In this document: positions 41,470 to 51,491 of the stretch, one piece after another | Layout: each line of letters starts with the position of its first letter | Numbering within the stretch: position 1 is the first letter of the stretch | NCBI GenBank assembly: GCA_046759445.1 | Contig: JBHICG010000004.1 | Coordinates: forward strand, 32,001-96,000 | From: Candidatus Scalinduaceae bacterium | GTDB lineage: Bacteria > Planctomycetota > Brocadiia > Brocadiales > Scalinduaceae | Length of the DNA stretch: 64,000 bases | Direction: 5' to 3' | Translations under genes and position numbers: made by a program | Notes under the pieces: model-generated | The model's database searches: none | What the model was told of the DNA's origin: nothing | Seen by the model: the letters and a program-made list of their open reading frames with translations, nothing else

Positions 41470-42882
41470 ATGGTTAAAATGAAAAAGGTTCTTCTTCTTA
41501 ATCCTCCTGGAGATGATCTGCATCAAAGAGATGGATACTGCAGCGTAATTTCCAAAGCCAATTACTATTTTCCGCCTCTAGACCTTTTAGTATTGAGCGG
41601 ATGGCTCTACTTAAGATTTGAGGTGGTGGTATTGGATGCCATTGTTTGTAAGACGGATAGAAAAGAGTGTTTGTGTCAGATAGATAAAATTAAGTACGAT
41701 GCAATAATTTTTTTGACCGGAACATCTTCATATCAAGAGGACTTTGATTTCATGGGGGAGGTTAAAGACAGAAATCCAAAGACTCTATTACTGGCCAGCG
41801 GTGGGTTTTTGTTGTTCGAGGGAAGGAAAGTAATGGAGGAGAATTTGTGGTTGGACGGTATCATATTGGACTTTACTAATGATGATACTGTAAGGTATCT
41901 TTCTCACGATCTGCAGGGACTGAGAAATTTTATTTATCGTAATGGCCATACAATTGTTGAAAAGAGAACAAAGGTTGCTGACGAGGTAAAGTATCCTTTA
42001 CCTCGTCACGAACTTTTTCCGCTGAATGAATATCGCATGCCTCACGGACGATTCTCACGATTTACCAGGATAATTTCCAGCTGGGGATGTCCTTTTAAGT
42101 GTACTTTTTGTGTTTACAGTTCGGTGAAGTTCAGGATTCGTAGTGTTTCAGATATCATTCAAGAGATGAGGCACATTTCATCGTTAGGGATAAAGAGCGT
42201 TTACTTTATGGATCCGACATTTACGGCGGATATAGTACATGCCCGAGAATTATGTCGGAGGATGATAGAAGATGGAATAGAACTGAGTTGGGTATGTGAG
42301 ACCCGAGTGGATAGAGTGGACAAAGATCTTTTGGGTTTAATGAAAAGGGCGGGGTGTTATACAATCCAATTTGGAATAGAGAGTTCTAACTTAGAATTGT
42401 TACAGGATCACCGCAAGGCAATATCTCACGAGCAAACCAGGAAGGTATTTGCATTGTGTAAGGAATTGCAGATAAGAACCTTGGGACATTTTATACTGGG
42501 ACTTCCTGATGATACTGAGGAGTCTATCAAGGACACAATAAGATTTGCTATAGAATTAGACTGCGACTATGCAGCTTTTAATATTGCAGCTCCAATTATC
42601 GGAACAAGAATGAGGGAAGAAGCTATAGCAAGTGGGTTCACGTCTGCCGAATTAACTCAATTGGATAGTTCCCACAGCTACCCCTTGCTGGAAACAAATA
42701 AATTATCACGGGAAAGATTATGGCAATTGCGTAATTATGCCATTAGACGTTTTCATCTCAGGCCTTACTATCTGTTTAAGAGAACAATTAATATAGAGTC
42801 TTTTTTTGAACTTGAAAATTTGTTAAGGCTGGGAACTTCCTTGTTGAAATCGACATTAAAGACTAGGGTGAAGGATGGATAA
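41470..42882 (+). CDS. Cobalamin-binding-type radical SAM protein
   Basis: LLLNPP...FPPLDL N-terminal domain; SWGCPFKCTFC, DPTF, ETRVD, FGIES, FILGLP. Confidence 0.88.
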   Translation: MVKMKKVLLLNPPGDDLHQRDGYCSVISKANYYFPPLDLLVLSGWLYLRFEVVVLDAIVCKTDRKECLCQIDKIKYDAIIFLTGTSSYQEDFDFMGEVKDRNPKTLLLASGGFLLFEGRKVMEENLWLDGIILDFTNDDTVRYLSHDLQGLRNFIYRNGHTIVEKRTKVADEVKYPLPRHELFPLNEYRMPHGRFSRFTRIISSWGCPFKCTFCVYSSVKFRIRSVSDIIQEMRHISSLGIKSVYFMDPTFTADIVHARELCRRMIEDGIELSWVCETRVDRVDKDLLGLMKRAGCYTIQFGIESSNLELLQDHRKAISHEQTRKVFALCKELQIRTLGHFILGLPDDTEESIKDTIRFAIELDCDYAAFNIAAPIIGTRMREEAIASGFTSAELTQLDSSHSYPLLETNKLSRERLWQLRNYAIRRFHLRPYYLFKRTINIESFFELENLLRLGTSLLKSTLKTRVKDG

Positions 42883-44606
42883 TGCATAACTGGAGACTAA
42901 ATAGATATGAGATTTATATTCTGTGTATTATTATCATGCTTGCTTTGTTTCTTAGGGTAATGGGGATATGGTGGGGAGTACCCAGTAGCGAGAAAGCTAG
43001 TTTTTTTTACCAGTATCCCGCATCAGAGGCATACAATATTCCTGAGATTGGTGAGGCATTACATTCCTATCATGCAGATGAGCCAAAGATTCTACAGGCA
43101 ATTTCTAATATGAATCCATCAGAATTTGACCTCAACCCCCACTTATTTATTTATCCAACTTTGTATATTTACATGGTTGCTGGCGCTTTGGAGGTGGCAT
43201 CAATTTTCAACATGATTGTTTTGAATCCCTTAAAGGAATTTTATTTTCTTTACCCTGATCAGATGGGGAAGTTCTATTTAATTGGACGGATAGTAACCGT
43301 TATTTTGGGCCTTTTAACCGTATATATAACCTATATTATTGGTAAACGAATGTATAATAAATGGGTTGGAATTATTGCTGGGCTGATTTTGGCGTTATTG
43401 CCCTTGCATGTTGTTCATTCCAAATATATGTCAGTAGATGTCCCTACTACCTTTTGGATTGTTCTATCTGTTCTGTGTGCCATTAGAATAGAAGGTTCTA
43501 GAGGCTACAAATGGTACATTCTTTCAGGTCTCACAGCAGGTCTGGCTACCGCCACTAAGTATTATGCTATTCTAGTGGTGATAAGTATATTTATGGCCCA
43601 TTACTTGAACTCTCATAATGGTCTAGATAACAAATGTTTTTTTAAGGTTTTTAGAAATAATAGGATCGCTATTGTTTGTATCATGACGATAGCAGGGTTC
43701 TTTATAGGGTCTCCCTATGTTTTTTTGTCTCCCACTGAATTCTACTCAGGTGCTATTTTACACCATATTGATTCCATAGTCGGTGGGGAAGAAAATTACG
43801 ATATGATTTATGGCCACTTTAAGTACCCCTTTTTATTTCATGTCTATGCCTCTTTATTTATTGGTATGGGACCTTTCTTATGGTTTCTTGCGCTGGCGGG
43901 AGTGGCCTATAGTCTTATCAGACATAAAAAGTCTGATCTGATTATATTTTCTTTTATAATTCCTTATTATCTGATGATAGGGATTTCTTTTCTACGCCCT
44001 ATGAGATATTCTATTCCCCTGTTGCCATTTATGGCCATTGTCTCTGCCAGATTGATCTTCGATATCTATCAATCAATGGATGTGGTTTCGTGGAAAAAGA
44101 TAGTAAGGGGAGCCTACATTTCATTTATGGGACTTATCATGGCATATACCTTAATGGATTCCTTAGCTTATGGCCTGATGATGTCGCAAAAAGATAATAG
44201 AGATAAGGCTGCCAAATGGATAATTGAAAATGTTGATAAGAGAAGCACTATCGGTATTACTAGAGCGCAAGGTTTTTTTTCAGTGCCTCTTAATCCCAAT
44301 TCCTATCAGATAAAGGTCATTGGTTTTGACAGGCAATTGTTTAAGAAAGTAGAACCTGATTATTTTGTTATGAGTGAATTTGAATATCGTGAATTCCTGA
44401 GACTTCGCACCAAATATCCTAAAAAGGCAGAATTTATCGACCAGTTGGTCTCTGGGAAATTTCAATTTAATGATTTCAAGTATGATACAATCTGGTTTGA
44501 GAGTAGGCCCAAGATATCAGGATTGGATTTTGGGCATAGATATCCTCCCCATGACTGGTTGTATCCATTCCCCAAGGTTGTAATATTAAAGAAGGAAAGG
44601 TTGTAA
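42882..44606 (+). CDS. ArnT/PMT-like GT-C glycosyltransferase
   Basis: YHADE, LNPH.FIYPTLY, HVVHSKY..VDVP, ATATKY, RYSIPLLP; TAATG overlap with the upstream radical SAM gene. Confidence 0.85.
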   Translation: MHNWRLNRYEIYILCIIIMLALFLRVMGIWWGVPSSEKASFFYQYPASEAYNIPEIGEALHSYHADEPKILQAISNMNPSEFDLNPHLFIYPTLYIYMVAGALEVASIFNMIVLNPLKEFYFLYPDQMGKFYLIGRIVTVILGLLTVYITYIIGKRMYNKWVGIIAGLILALLPLHVVHSKYMSVDVPTTFWIVLSVLCAIRIEGSRGYKWYILSGLTAGLATATKYYAILVVISIFMAHYLNSHNGLDNKCFFKVFRNNRIAIVCIMTIAGFFIGSPYVFLSPTEFYSGAILHHIDSIVGGEENYDMIYGHFKYPFLFHVYASLFIGMGPFLWFLALAGVAYSLIRHKKSDLIIFSFIIPYYLMIGISFLRPMRYSIPLLPFMAIVSARLIFDIYQSMDVVSWKKIVRGAYISFMGLIMAYTLMDSLAYGLMMSQKDNRDKAAKWIIENVDKRSTIGITRAQGFFSVPLNPNSYQIKVIGFDRQLFKKVEPDYFVMSEFEYREFLRLRTKYPKKAEFIDQLVSGKFQFNDFKYDTIWFESRPKISGLDFGHRYPPHDWLYPFPKVVILKKERL

Positions 44607-44703
44607 GATTATATCCTTTTTAGTTAGTTCTATTTTTAAGTGAGAGTAAATGTCAATTATGAAAATCGAAATTACTATAACTTAGACGTTAGGAACATAA
44701 GTC

Positions 44704-45870
44704 TTGAAGAAAATCAACGTCTTGCATTTTAGAAATTGCCGAGGCATAAACACCTTAACCGGCCCCGAGACCTATCTCCTGGATCTATTAAGTGGTATCA
44801 ATGCGGATATTTTTAACGTCGTAATTGCTTGCATTATAGATCCGAAAAATCAAAGGCAATTATTTATAGAAGAGTTGCAAAAGAGGAAAATACATTTTGA
44901 ACTAATCAAGATTAAAAACAAATTAGATATAAAAGATTTCTTCCTCGTAAGTAAAATGATAAAAAGGTATAATATAGATTTTATTCATACTCATGATTCT
45001 CGTTCAGACGTGATAGGAGTTTTGGTAAGTAAGATGAATCGTATTGCCATGATTTCTTTTGCTCACGGGTGGCTTAACTGGACATCTTCCTTGTCCAAAG
45101 AGAGATTATATGCCTATTTAGAGGCTTTGGCGGTATCACTATCAGATGGAATTGTGGTTGCCTCAAATGATATGCAACAGGACTTATTAATCAAAGGAAT
45201 CCCAAAAAGAAAGATATTCCATATTCCATACGGAATCGACACCAGAAAATTTAATATAAACACTGAGGGAAGCTATTTTAGAGAGGAGTTTGATATTCCC
45301 ATTGACATCCCCTTAATCGGAACGGTAGGAAGGATTCATCCATGGAAGGGACACAGGTATTTTTTAGAAGCAGCCAAGATTGTGAGTGGGAAATATACAG
45401 AAGCAATGTTTTTAATAGTAGGGGATGCGGCCTTTGATCGACATAGAAAGTATAAGCAGGAATTATTGGAGCTTGTGCAAGCCATGAACATAAAAGAGAA
45501 AGTAATCTTTACAGGAAGTCGAAGCGACGTTACTCAGATAATGAAGTCTATGGATCTGTTTGTCTTGCCATCACTGCGTGAGCCTTTTGGGATAGTTATC
45601 TTAGAGGCCCAGGCCTGTGGTAAGCCGGTTATCGCAACCTCTGTAGGTGGTATTCCGGAGGTCATAAAGGATGGCGATACTGGGATTCTTGTAAAACCGA
45701 AAGACAGTGATGGATTAGCCGATGCAATAATTACTCTCTTGGGCGATCGTGAGAAAATGCGAAAGATGGGATTATCAGGTAGAGAGAGGGTAGAAGCTCT
45801 GTTTTCTACAGATCGTATGGTGAAGGAAACCGAAGAGTTATACAGAGCAATCTGGAAGAATAGCAAATAA
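44704..45870 (+). CDS. GT4 glycosyltransferase
   Basis: IHTH, VGRIHPWKGH, LPSLREPFGIVILEAQACGKPVIATSVGGIPE. Confidence 0.93.
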   Translation: MKKINVLHFRNCRGINTLTGPETYLLDLLSGINADIFNVVIACIIDPKNQRQLFIEELQKRKIHFELIKIKNKLDIKDFFLVSKMIKRYNIDFIHTHDSRSDVIGVLVSKMNRIAMISFAHGWLNWTSSLSKERLYAYLEALAVSLSDGIVVASNDMQQDLLIKGIPKRKIFHIPYGIDTRKFNINTEGSYFREEFDIPIDIPLIGTVGRIHPWKGHRYFLEAAKIVSGKYTEAMFLIVGDAAFDRHRKYKQELLELVQAMNIKEKVIFTGSRSDVTQIMKSMDLFVLPSLREPFGIVILEAQACGKPVIATSVGGIPEVIKDGDTGILVKPKDSDGLADAIITLLGDREKMRKMGLSGRERVEALFSTDRMVKETEELYRAIWKNSK

Positions 45871-45879
45871 ATAAAATCC

Positions 45880-46017
45880 CAAGCTCAAAGAAGAAGTGCA
45901 ACACATGGGATAATAACGTGCCCTATGTGTATGAAAGTAAAGAATAAATATAAACAACTCTCAAACGAAGATAGAGACTAAATAGCTGTTCTCCGCTCTC
46001 AAGGAAAATCTATAAAG
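45880..46017 (+). pseudogene. IS30-family transposase 5' remnant with probable left end
   Basis: From ATG 45931 the frame reads MKVKNKYKQLSNEDRD*IAVLRSQGKSIK, resembling the IS30 N-terminal HTH, with an internal TAA at 45979. AAGTGCAACA (45894-45903) resembles IS30 inverted-repeat cores. Confidence 0.65.
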
Positions 46018-46064
46018 TTTTTCTTTGTGAATTTAGTAATTTAACTATTGAAAAGAATTTTCTA

Positions 46065-47381
46065 TTGAATTGTGAAAACAACAAAGTGTTTTTTTTGAAA
46101 TCCTCAGCGCAATATGGTGTACAGGACTTAATTGTAATAACTACCGGAAAGATAGGTAATGCTCTTTTCGCTTTTATTGTAAGTGTCCTGATTGCCAGAA
46201 ACCTTGGTGCAAGTGGTTTTGGTTTATTTACGTTGTCTCTGTCAGTTTTAATAATAACACTTGAACTTGTCGGCAGTGAGGCTGTAGACAATGGTCTGGT
46301 CAGGTTTGCATCGTTATATATGGATAAGAACACAAACAAGGTGCACCTGATATTTAAGATCGCATTAGAATTCAAGTTGTTATCGGCTTCAATTCTTCTT
46401 TTACTTGGTTTCCTGTTTGTCAAACTGGTTTTGGCTTCGATCATAGGTAGGCCGGAATTAAAAGATGCTATAATGTATGGACTGGCTGGTGGCTGTTTTG
46501 CTTCATTCTGGCGCTACATCCTCGCTATTTTACAAAGTTACGAGAGATTTGTCACTTACGCTGTTATCAATGTAATCCCCAATCTGTTGAAGGTCTTATT
46601 CGTCCTTTTCTTGATCTTGGCCAACTCATTAAATTTAACTTATGCATTGACCATTAACGTTATTGTGGTCATTTTAGGATTTTTTGCAGGGTTCTCATTT
46701 ATCCCAAAACATTTTATCAAGGCTAAGGGAGATAAAAAAGATGTTGCTTTCCAATTATTTCACTTTTCAAAATGGATAATAATATCCAATTTGTTCTTTG
46801 CCATTTATTCCAGGCTCGATATTTTCATTTTATCCTATTTTAAGGATGCAGAAATATTAGGTATTTACTCTGTTGCCTTAAGTTTGATAACCGCCTTGGA
46901 TTTGTTTTATGTCTCCATGCTCACAAAGCTCTTCCCCCAGGCAAGCGCTTTGACTCATCGAGAAGAATTTTCAGCCCATATTAAGAGATCACTGGGAATA
47001 TCGTCGGCCTTGGCGTTACTTCTGACTCCATTATTTTTCGTTGCAGAACCTTTAATTCTTTTGTTTTTTTCTGAAAAATTTTTTGATTCAATCCTTATTT
47101 TCAAATTCCTTCTGTTTGGGTTTCTGTTTACCCTCCTGTTTAATCCACTTTTGCTAATTTTGTATGCCAGAAACAAGCCATATCTAGTGACCATTGTCTA
47201 CTTTATATTGCTTCCACTCAGTTTCGTCGGTAATTTAATCTTTATACCAATGTACGGAGCTATGGGTGCTGCCTGTATAGTTTTGGCAACTAGGGTAACA
47301 GGGGGGTTGTTGGTGCTATTTCTTGTTTATAGAGAAATCTTTACACCTGATGACGTGTCGCTAAAGCAGAACAGTCCTTAG
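46065..47381 (+). CDS. wzx: Wzx-like oligosaccharide flippase (MOP family)
   Basis: IARNLGASGFGLF, RLDIFIL, LGIYSVA, LIFIPMYGAMGAA; about 12 TM segments. Confidence 0.85.
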   Translation: MNCENNKVFFLKSSAQYGVQDLIVITTGKIGNALFAFIVSVLIARNLGASGFGLFTLSLSVLIITLELVGSEAVDNGLVRFASLYMDKNTNKVHLIFKIALEFKLLSASILLLLGFLFVKLVLASIIGRPELKDAIMYGLAGGCFASFWRYILAILQSYERFVTYAVINVIPNLLKVLFVLFLILANSLNLTYALTINVIVVILGFFAGFSFIPKHFIKAKGDKKDVAFQLFHFSKWIIISNLFFAIYSRLDIFILSYFKDAEILGIYSVALSLITALDLFYVSMLTKLFPQASALTHREEFSAHIKRSLGISSALALLLTPLFFVAEPLILLFFSEKFFDSILIFKFLLFGFLFTLLFNPLLLILYARNKPYLVTIVYFILLPLSFVGNLIFIPMYGAMGAACIVLATRVTGGLLVLFLVYREIFTPDDVSLKQNSP

Positions 47382-47458
47382 AAGGTAGAGTTATTATGTA
47401 GTGAAAAAATGATTTTTTTTACGTATTTAAGAAATAAGTAAAGCAGGAGAAGTGACAA

Positions 47459-48538
47459 GTGTTAACTGAATTTTTGGCTTTTTCAATCCGTTATTTGAAA
47501 TATAAGCGATTTCAAAGTGCTCCAATCTGGATAACATTTGATATTACTTGGAATTGCAATTGCCGATGTGATTATTGCAATTATTGGAAAGAAGGCCATG
47601 TTGATCTGTCTACAGGAGAGATTAAGAGGATCATTAAAAATCTCAAGACAATGGGCGTTATGTACCTGGGTTTAAGTGGGGGGGAACCTTTATTAAGAAA
47701 AGACGTCCCAGAGATCGTGGGCTATGCTAAAGGGCTTGGAATGCATGTTGGGTTGAATACTAACGGAACTGTTGGAAAAATCGAGGTCTACCGTACCTTA
47801 ATGGAAAAAGGGATTGATACTATATGTTTCTCTATAGACGGTGCAAAGGCATCTACCCATGAACGGTTTAGAAAGAACTGTTCTTTCAAAAAGGTTGTAA
47901 ATTCTATCCGAGAAACTGTACGTATAAGGAATCGAGGGAACTATAGAACGAATATTAGTACAAACACAGTGATTCATAGAGCAAATGTGGATGACCTGGA
48001 GGAGATTTCCAGAATCCGTTCTACGCTAGGGGTGGATAGAAACAACTTTCAACCTGTTTGGTATTGCAATGTAGATGTTAAAGGGGATGAGTTTAACTCG
48101 AAAATTGGATTCAGTTATGAAGATGGAGAGTTGTTGAAAAAGGTCAGCAAAACCATAGATACACTTCCGGATGGCAACCTGAAAAGCTACAACGACCTCC
48201 TTCCTTATTACTATACGGACTATAAGAGAGTGAGAGATATAGAGTGCTTTGCCGGAAGAGCCTTTGCATACGTAGATCCGAAGGGCATTCTATATCCCTG
48301 TTCTATTCTATTGGAACCTTTGGGTTCATTGCTAGAAGAGGATAATAAGACATTCCTTCGGTCTTCAAAAGTGAAAAAGATTCTGAAAAAAACTGCTGTA
48401 CAAAATTGCAAGGGCTGTTCCATGGTCTGTTATATGGAAAGAAATATAATGTTAAATAACATATTTAATCCTTTTATGTTGCGAGAGATTCTGTTTAAGA
48501 GATACTTGGCGTTAATATATACTCGGGAGCGAAATTGA
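47459..48538 (+). CDS. Radical SAM protein with twitch/SPASM-type domain
   Basis: CNCRCDYC, LSGGEPLLR, NTNG, SIDG; C-terminal CFAG...DPKG.LYPC...CKGCSMVC. Confidence 0.9.
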   Translation: MLTEFLAFSIRYLKYKRFQSAPIWITFDITWNCNCRCDYCNYWKEGHVDLSTGEIKRIIKNLKTMGVMYLGLSGGEPLLRKDVPEIVGYAKGLGMHVGLNTNGTVGKIEVYRTLMEKGIDTICFSIDGAKASTHERFRKNCSFKKVVNSIRETVRIRNRGNYRTNISTNTVIHRANVDDLEEISRIRSTLGVDRNNFQPVWYCNVDVKGDEFNSKIGFSYEDGELLKKVSKTIDTLPDGNLKSYNDLLPYYYTDYKRVRDIECFAGRAFAYVDPKGILYPCSILLEPLGSLLEEDNKTFLRSSKVKKILKKTAVQNCKGCSMVCYMERNIMLNNIFNPFMLREILFKRYLALIYTRERN

Positions 48539-49957
48539 ATGAAAATTGCATTTGTAAATCCACCTGCTACGAGGAAAGATAGATATGGAACTTTAGCTCC
48601 TGCAGGCTCATATGCTCCTCCTTTGGCTCTTTGCTCACTGGCAGCCGTTACTAGAGAAGTTGGGTATGAAACAATTATTATTGATTCTCAGGTTGAAAAC
48701 CTGAACCACGAAGATTCACTGAACAGAATTGAGGCTTTTTCCCCTCAGGTAGTTGGGATAACATCTACTACATCAACCTTTTTGAGCGCGGCCGAACTAG
48801 CCAGTATGATTAAAAGAAGTAATAGTGATACGGTAGTAGTGGCAGGAGGGGTGCATATTTCAGCTTTACCCCGGGAGAGTTTACTGAATCATAAAGATAT
48901 AGATATAGCCGTACTTGGAGAAGGGGAAGAAACAATTATAGAACTGATGGATGTGCTTAAAGATGGAAGAGATTTAAGAGAAGTTAAAGGGATTGTATGC
49001 AGAAATAGTGAAGAAATAACTTTCACTGAGGATAGGTTACTTATTAAAGATTTGGATAGTCTCCCATTACCTGCCTGGGACCTTCTTCCAAATTTTCCTG
49101 ATGCATATAATGTTCAGGCTCAGAGTGTGGCAAATTTTCCTTCTACCTCTGTATGTACCTCCACTGGTTGTACCGGAAAATGTACATTTTGTGACAGAAG
49201 GATTTTTGGTAGTAAAATAAGGGCCCACAGTGCCGAATACGTCATTAAAATGATAAAAGACCTGTATTATAATTATGGTGTCAGAGACATTCAATTTGAA
49301 GATGACAACTTTATGCTCTTGCGTACAAGACTTTTAAAGATGTGTGAAATGCTGAAGGAAGAGAAAATGGATATTACATGGTCGTGCCAGGCAAGGGTTG
49401 ATATGGTAAAATTAGAGACACTGAGAAAGATGAAGGAAACTGGTTGCTGGATGATTTTATATGGGGTTGAGAGTGGCAGCAAAAAAGTGCTGGATTTAAT
49501 GAAGAAGGGAATTTCTAAGGAGAAGATAGAAAAGGCCGTTGACATAACCCATAAAGCCAGAATCATGTGCAAGGGATTCTTTATCACTGGTTTTTTGAAC
49601 GAGGATAAAAATACATTAAGAGAAACTTATGATTTTATAGAAAAAACCAAGCTTGATGACATTAGTTTACATTATTATACACCTTTTCCAGGAAGTAAGG
49701 CATATGAAATGGCACATAAACACGGGACGGTCAAAGGAGACATCAGTGATATGACTTATTACAAACCGGTTTTTATTCCTAATGGGTTAACCGAAGAGGA
49801 TTTGATAAAACATACAAAAGCCTGCTATAGTATGTTTTATTTAAAACTTAGAACCATTATAAATTATATCAGAAGGGTTAGGGGGTTGCCACATCTTCTC
49901 TATTTTGTGAAGAGTTCCTCTGCTCTGATTAAATATATTATTTTGAAGAGAGAATGA
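48539..49957 (+). CDS. Cobalamin-binding radical SAM protein
   Basis: FVNPP...PPLAL, GGVHIS, GEGE, STGCTGKCTFC, EDDNF, GVESGS. Confidence 0.92.
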   Translation: MKIAFVNPPATRKDRYGTLAPAGSYAPPLALCSLAAVTREVGYETIIIDSQVENLNHEDSLNRIEAFSPQVVGITSTTSTFLSAAELASMIKRSNSDTVVVAGGVHISALPRESLLNHKDIDIAVLGEGEETIIELMDVLKDGRDLREVKGIVCRNSEEITFTEDRLLIKDLDSLPLPAWDLLPNFPDAYNVQAQSVANFPSTSVCTSTGCTGKCTFCDRRIFGSKIRAHSAEYVIKMIKDLYYNYGVRDIQFEDDNFMLLRTRLLKMCEMLKEEKMDITWSCQARVDMVKLETLRKMKETGCWMILYGVESGSKKVLDLMKKGISKEKIEKAVDITHKARIMCKGFFITGFLNEDKNTLRETYDFIEKTKLDDISLHYYTPFPGSKAYEMAHKHGTVKGDISDMTYYKPVFIPNGLTEEDLIKHTKACYSMFYLKLRTIINYIRRVRGLPHLLYFVKSSSALIKYIILKRE

Positions 49958-49961
49958 AATT

Positions 49962-51491
49962 ATGAGGATTTGTTTTGTTTACGGAGCCAACGAGAATTTA
50001 GGTGTTGAATATCTATCGGGCGTTCTCAAGAACTCTGGACATGAGACGACCCTAGCCTTTGATCCGCTTCTTTTTGATGAGATTTTTTTTAAATTGCCCT
50101 TGTTGAGTAATCTTCTGAGTTACAAAAGTAATCTTATCCAGGAGGTGCTTGATTTCATGCCGGATCTTGTTGCTTTTTCTGTGATTACGGAGACTTATCA
50201 GTGGGCTTCCCAGATAGCAACAGAGATCAAAAAAGAGATGAATGTTCCTATAGTCTTTGGGGGGGTACATCCGACCCTGGTTCCTGATAGAGTAATTAAT
50301 AATCCTAATGTAGATATTCTGTGCCTCGGAGAGGGAGAGTATGCTATGTTAGATCTTGCTAATCGTATGGAAGATGGGGGGATTAAAGACGCAAAGTCTA
50401 TTCCGAACCTTTGGGTAAAGTGTAATGGTGAAGTTTATCGCAATCAGATACGTTCCAATATTCAAGATCTTAATGTTTTGCCATTTCCTGATAAAGACAT
50501 TTATTACGAAAAGGCCTCATGCTTTGAAAATGAATACACCATTATGGCCAGTCGGGGATGTCCTTATAACTGTACCTTTTGCACGAATTATTCCTTAAGA
50601 ACTATCTACAAAGATAAAGGGAAGTATCTTCGCATGAGAGACGTTGATAATGTTATCCAGGAGTTGGTTGGGGCCAAGGAAATATATAAATTTAAACGGG
50701 TAAGCTTCTACGACGATATGTTTACATTCAACAAACAATGGATTCTTGATTTCTGTAACAAATATAAAGAGAAAATTGATTTGCCTTTCAGATGTATTAT
50801 ACACCCGGTGAGGGTGGACAGAGATATCCTTTCTGCCCTGAAGATGGCTGGTTGTATAAATATGGAGATCGGTGTTCAATCTATGGATGAAATAACTCGC
50901 ATGAAGGTGCTGGAACGTCGAGAAACTAATGAAAAATTAAAGCGAGGGTTAACAATGATCAAAAAGTCGGGGATAGATTTTTATATTGATCATATTTTAG
51001 GCATTCCGTATGAAGATGAGAAGCATCACATTGAGGCGGCATACTATTATAACGAGTTGAGACCGCCTCTCATCGATGTTTTTTGGCTTACACATTATCC
51101 AAAAACTAAGATCGTAGAGATTAGCAAGGTTGCTGGACAGTTAAGTTCTGAGACCATCGAAAGGCTTGAGGATGGACTGGGTGCTTCCATGAAACAGGAT
51201 GGAAGCGTTGCAGCGCCAAAGAAGTTATATCAATTCCAATATCTTTTAGGGTATCTTCCCTTATTACCCCGGAAAGTTGTAAATCTAATAATCAGAAAGA
51301 AATGGTATCGCTTCTTTTCTTATCCCTCTATCTTTCTATCTACTATCCTTCCCAGGATTTTACACTCTATCTTTTGGAATGATTTTAGACTCAGAAGCCT
51401 GATGCTCCGTCACTTTTACTTTTCTTACTGGGTACTTTACCGAAAGATCAGAAAATTGTTAAAAACAAAAAAAAGACCTGCTGATGTTTGA
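49962..51491 (+). CDS. Cobalamin-binding radical SAM protein
   Basis: LGVEYLS, FGGVHPT, GEGE, ASRGCPYNCTFC, DDMF, GVQS, ILGIP. Confidence 0.92.
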   Translation: MRICFVYGANENLGVEYLSGVLKNSGHETTLAFDPLLFDEIFFKLPLLSNLLSYKSNLIQEVLDFMPDLVAFSVITETYQWASQIATEIKKEMNVPIVFGGVHPTLVPDRVINNPNVDILCLGEGEYAMLDLANRMEDGGIKDAKSIPNLWVKCNGEVYRNQIRSNIQDLNVLPFPDKDIYYEKASCFENEYTIMASRGCPYNCTFCTNYSLRTIYKDKGKYLRMRDVDNVIQELVGAKEIYKFKRVSFYDDMFTFNKQWILDFCNKYKEKIDLPFRCIIHPVRVDRDILSALKMAGCINMEIGVQSMDEITRMKVLERRETNEKLKRGLTMIKKSGIDFYIDHILGIPYEDEKHHIEAAYYYNELRPPLIDVFWLTHYPKTKIVEISKVAGQLSSETIERLEDGLGASMKQDGSVAAPKKLYQFQYLLGYLPLLPRKVVNLIIRKKWYRFFSYPSIFLSTILPRILHSIFWNDFRLRSLMLRHFYFSYWVLYRKIRKLLKTKKRPADV

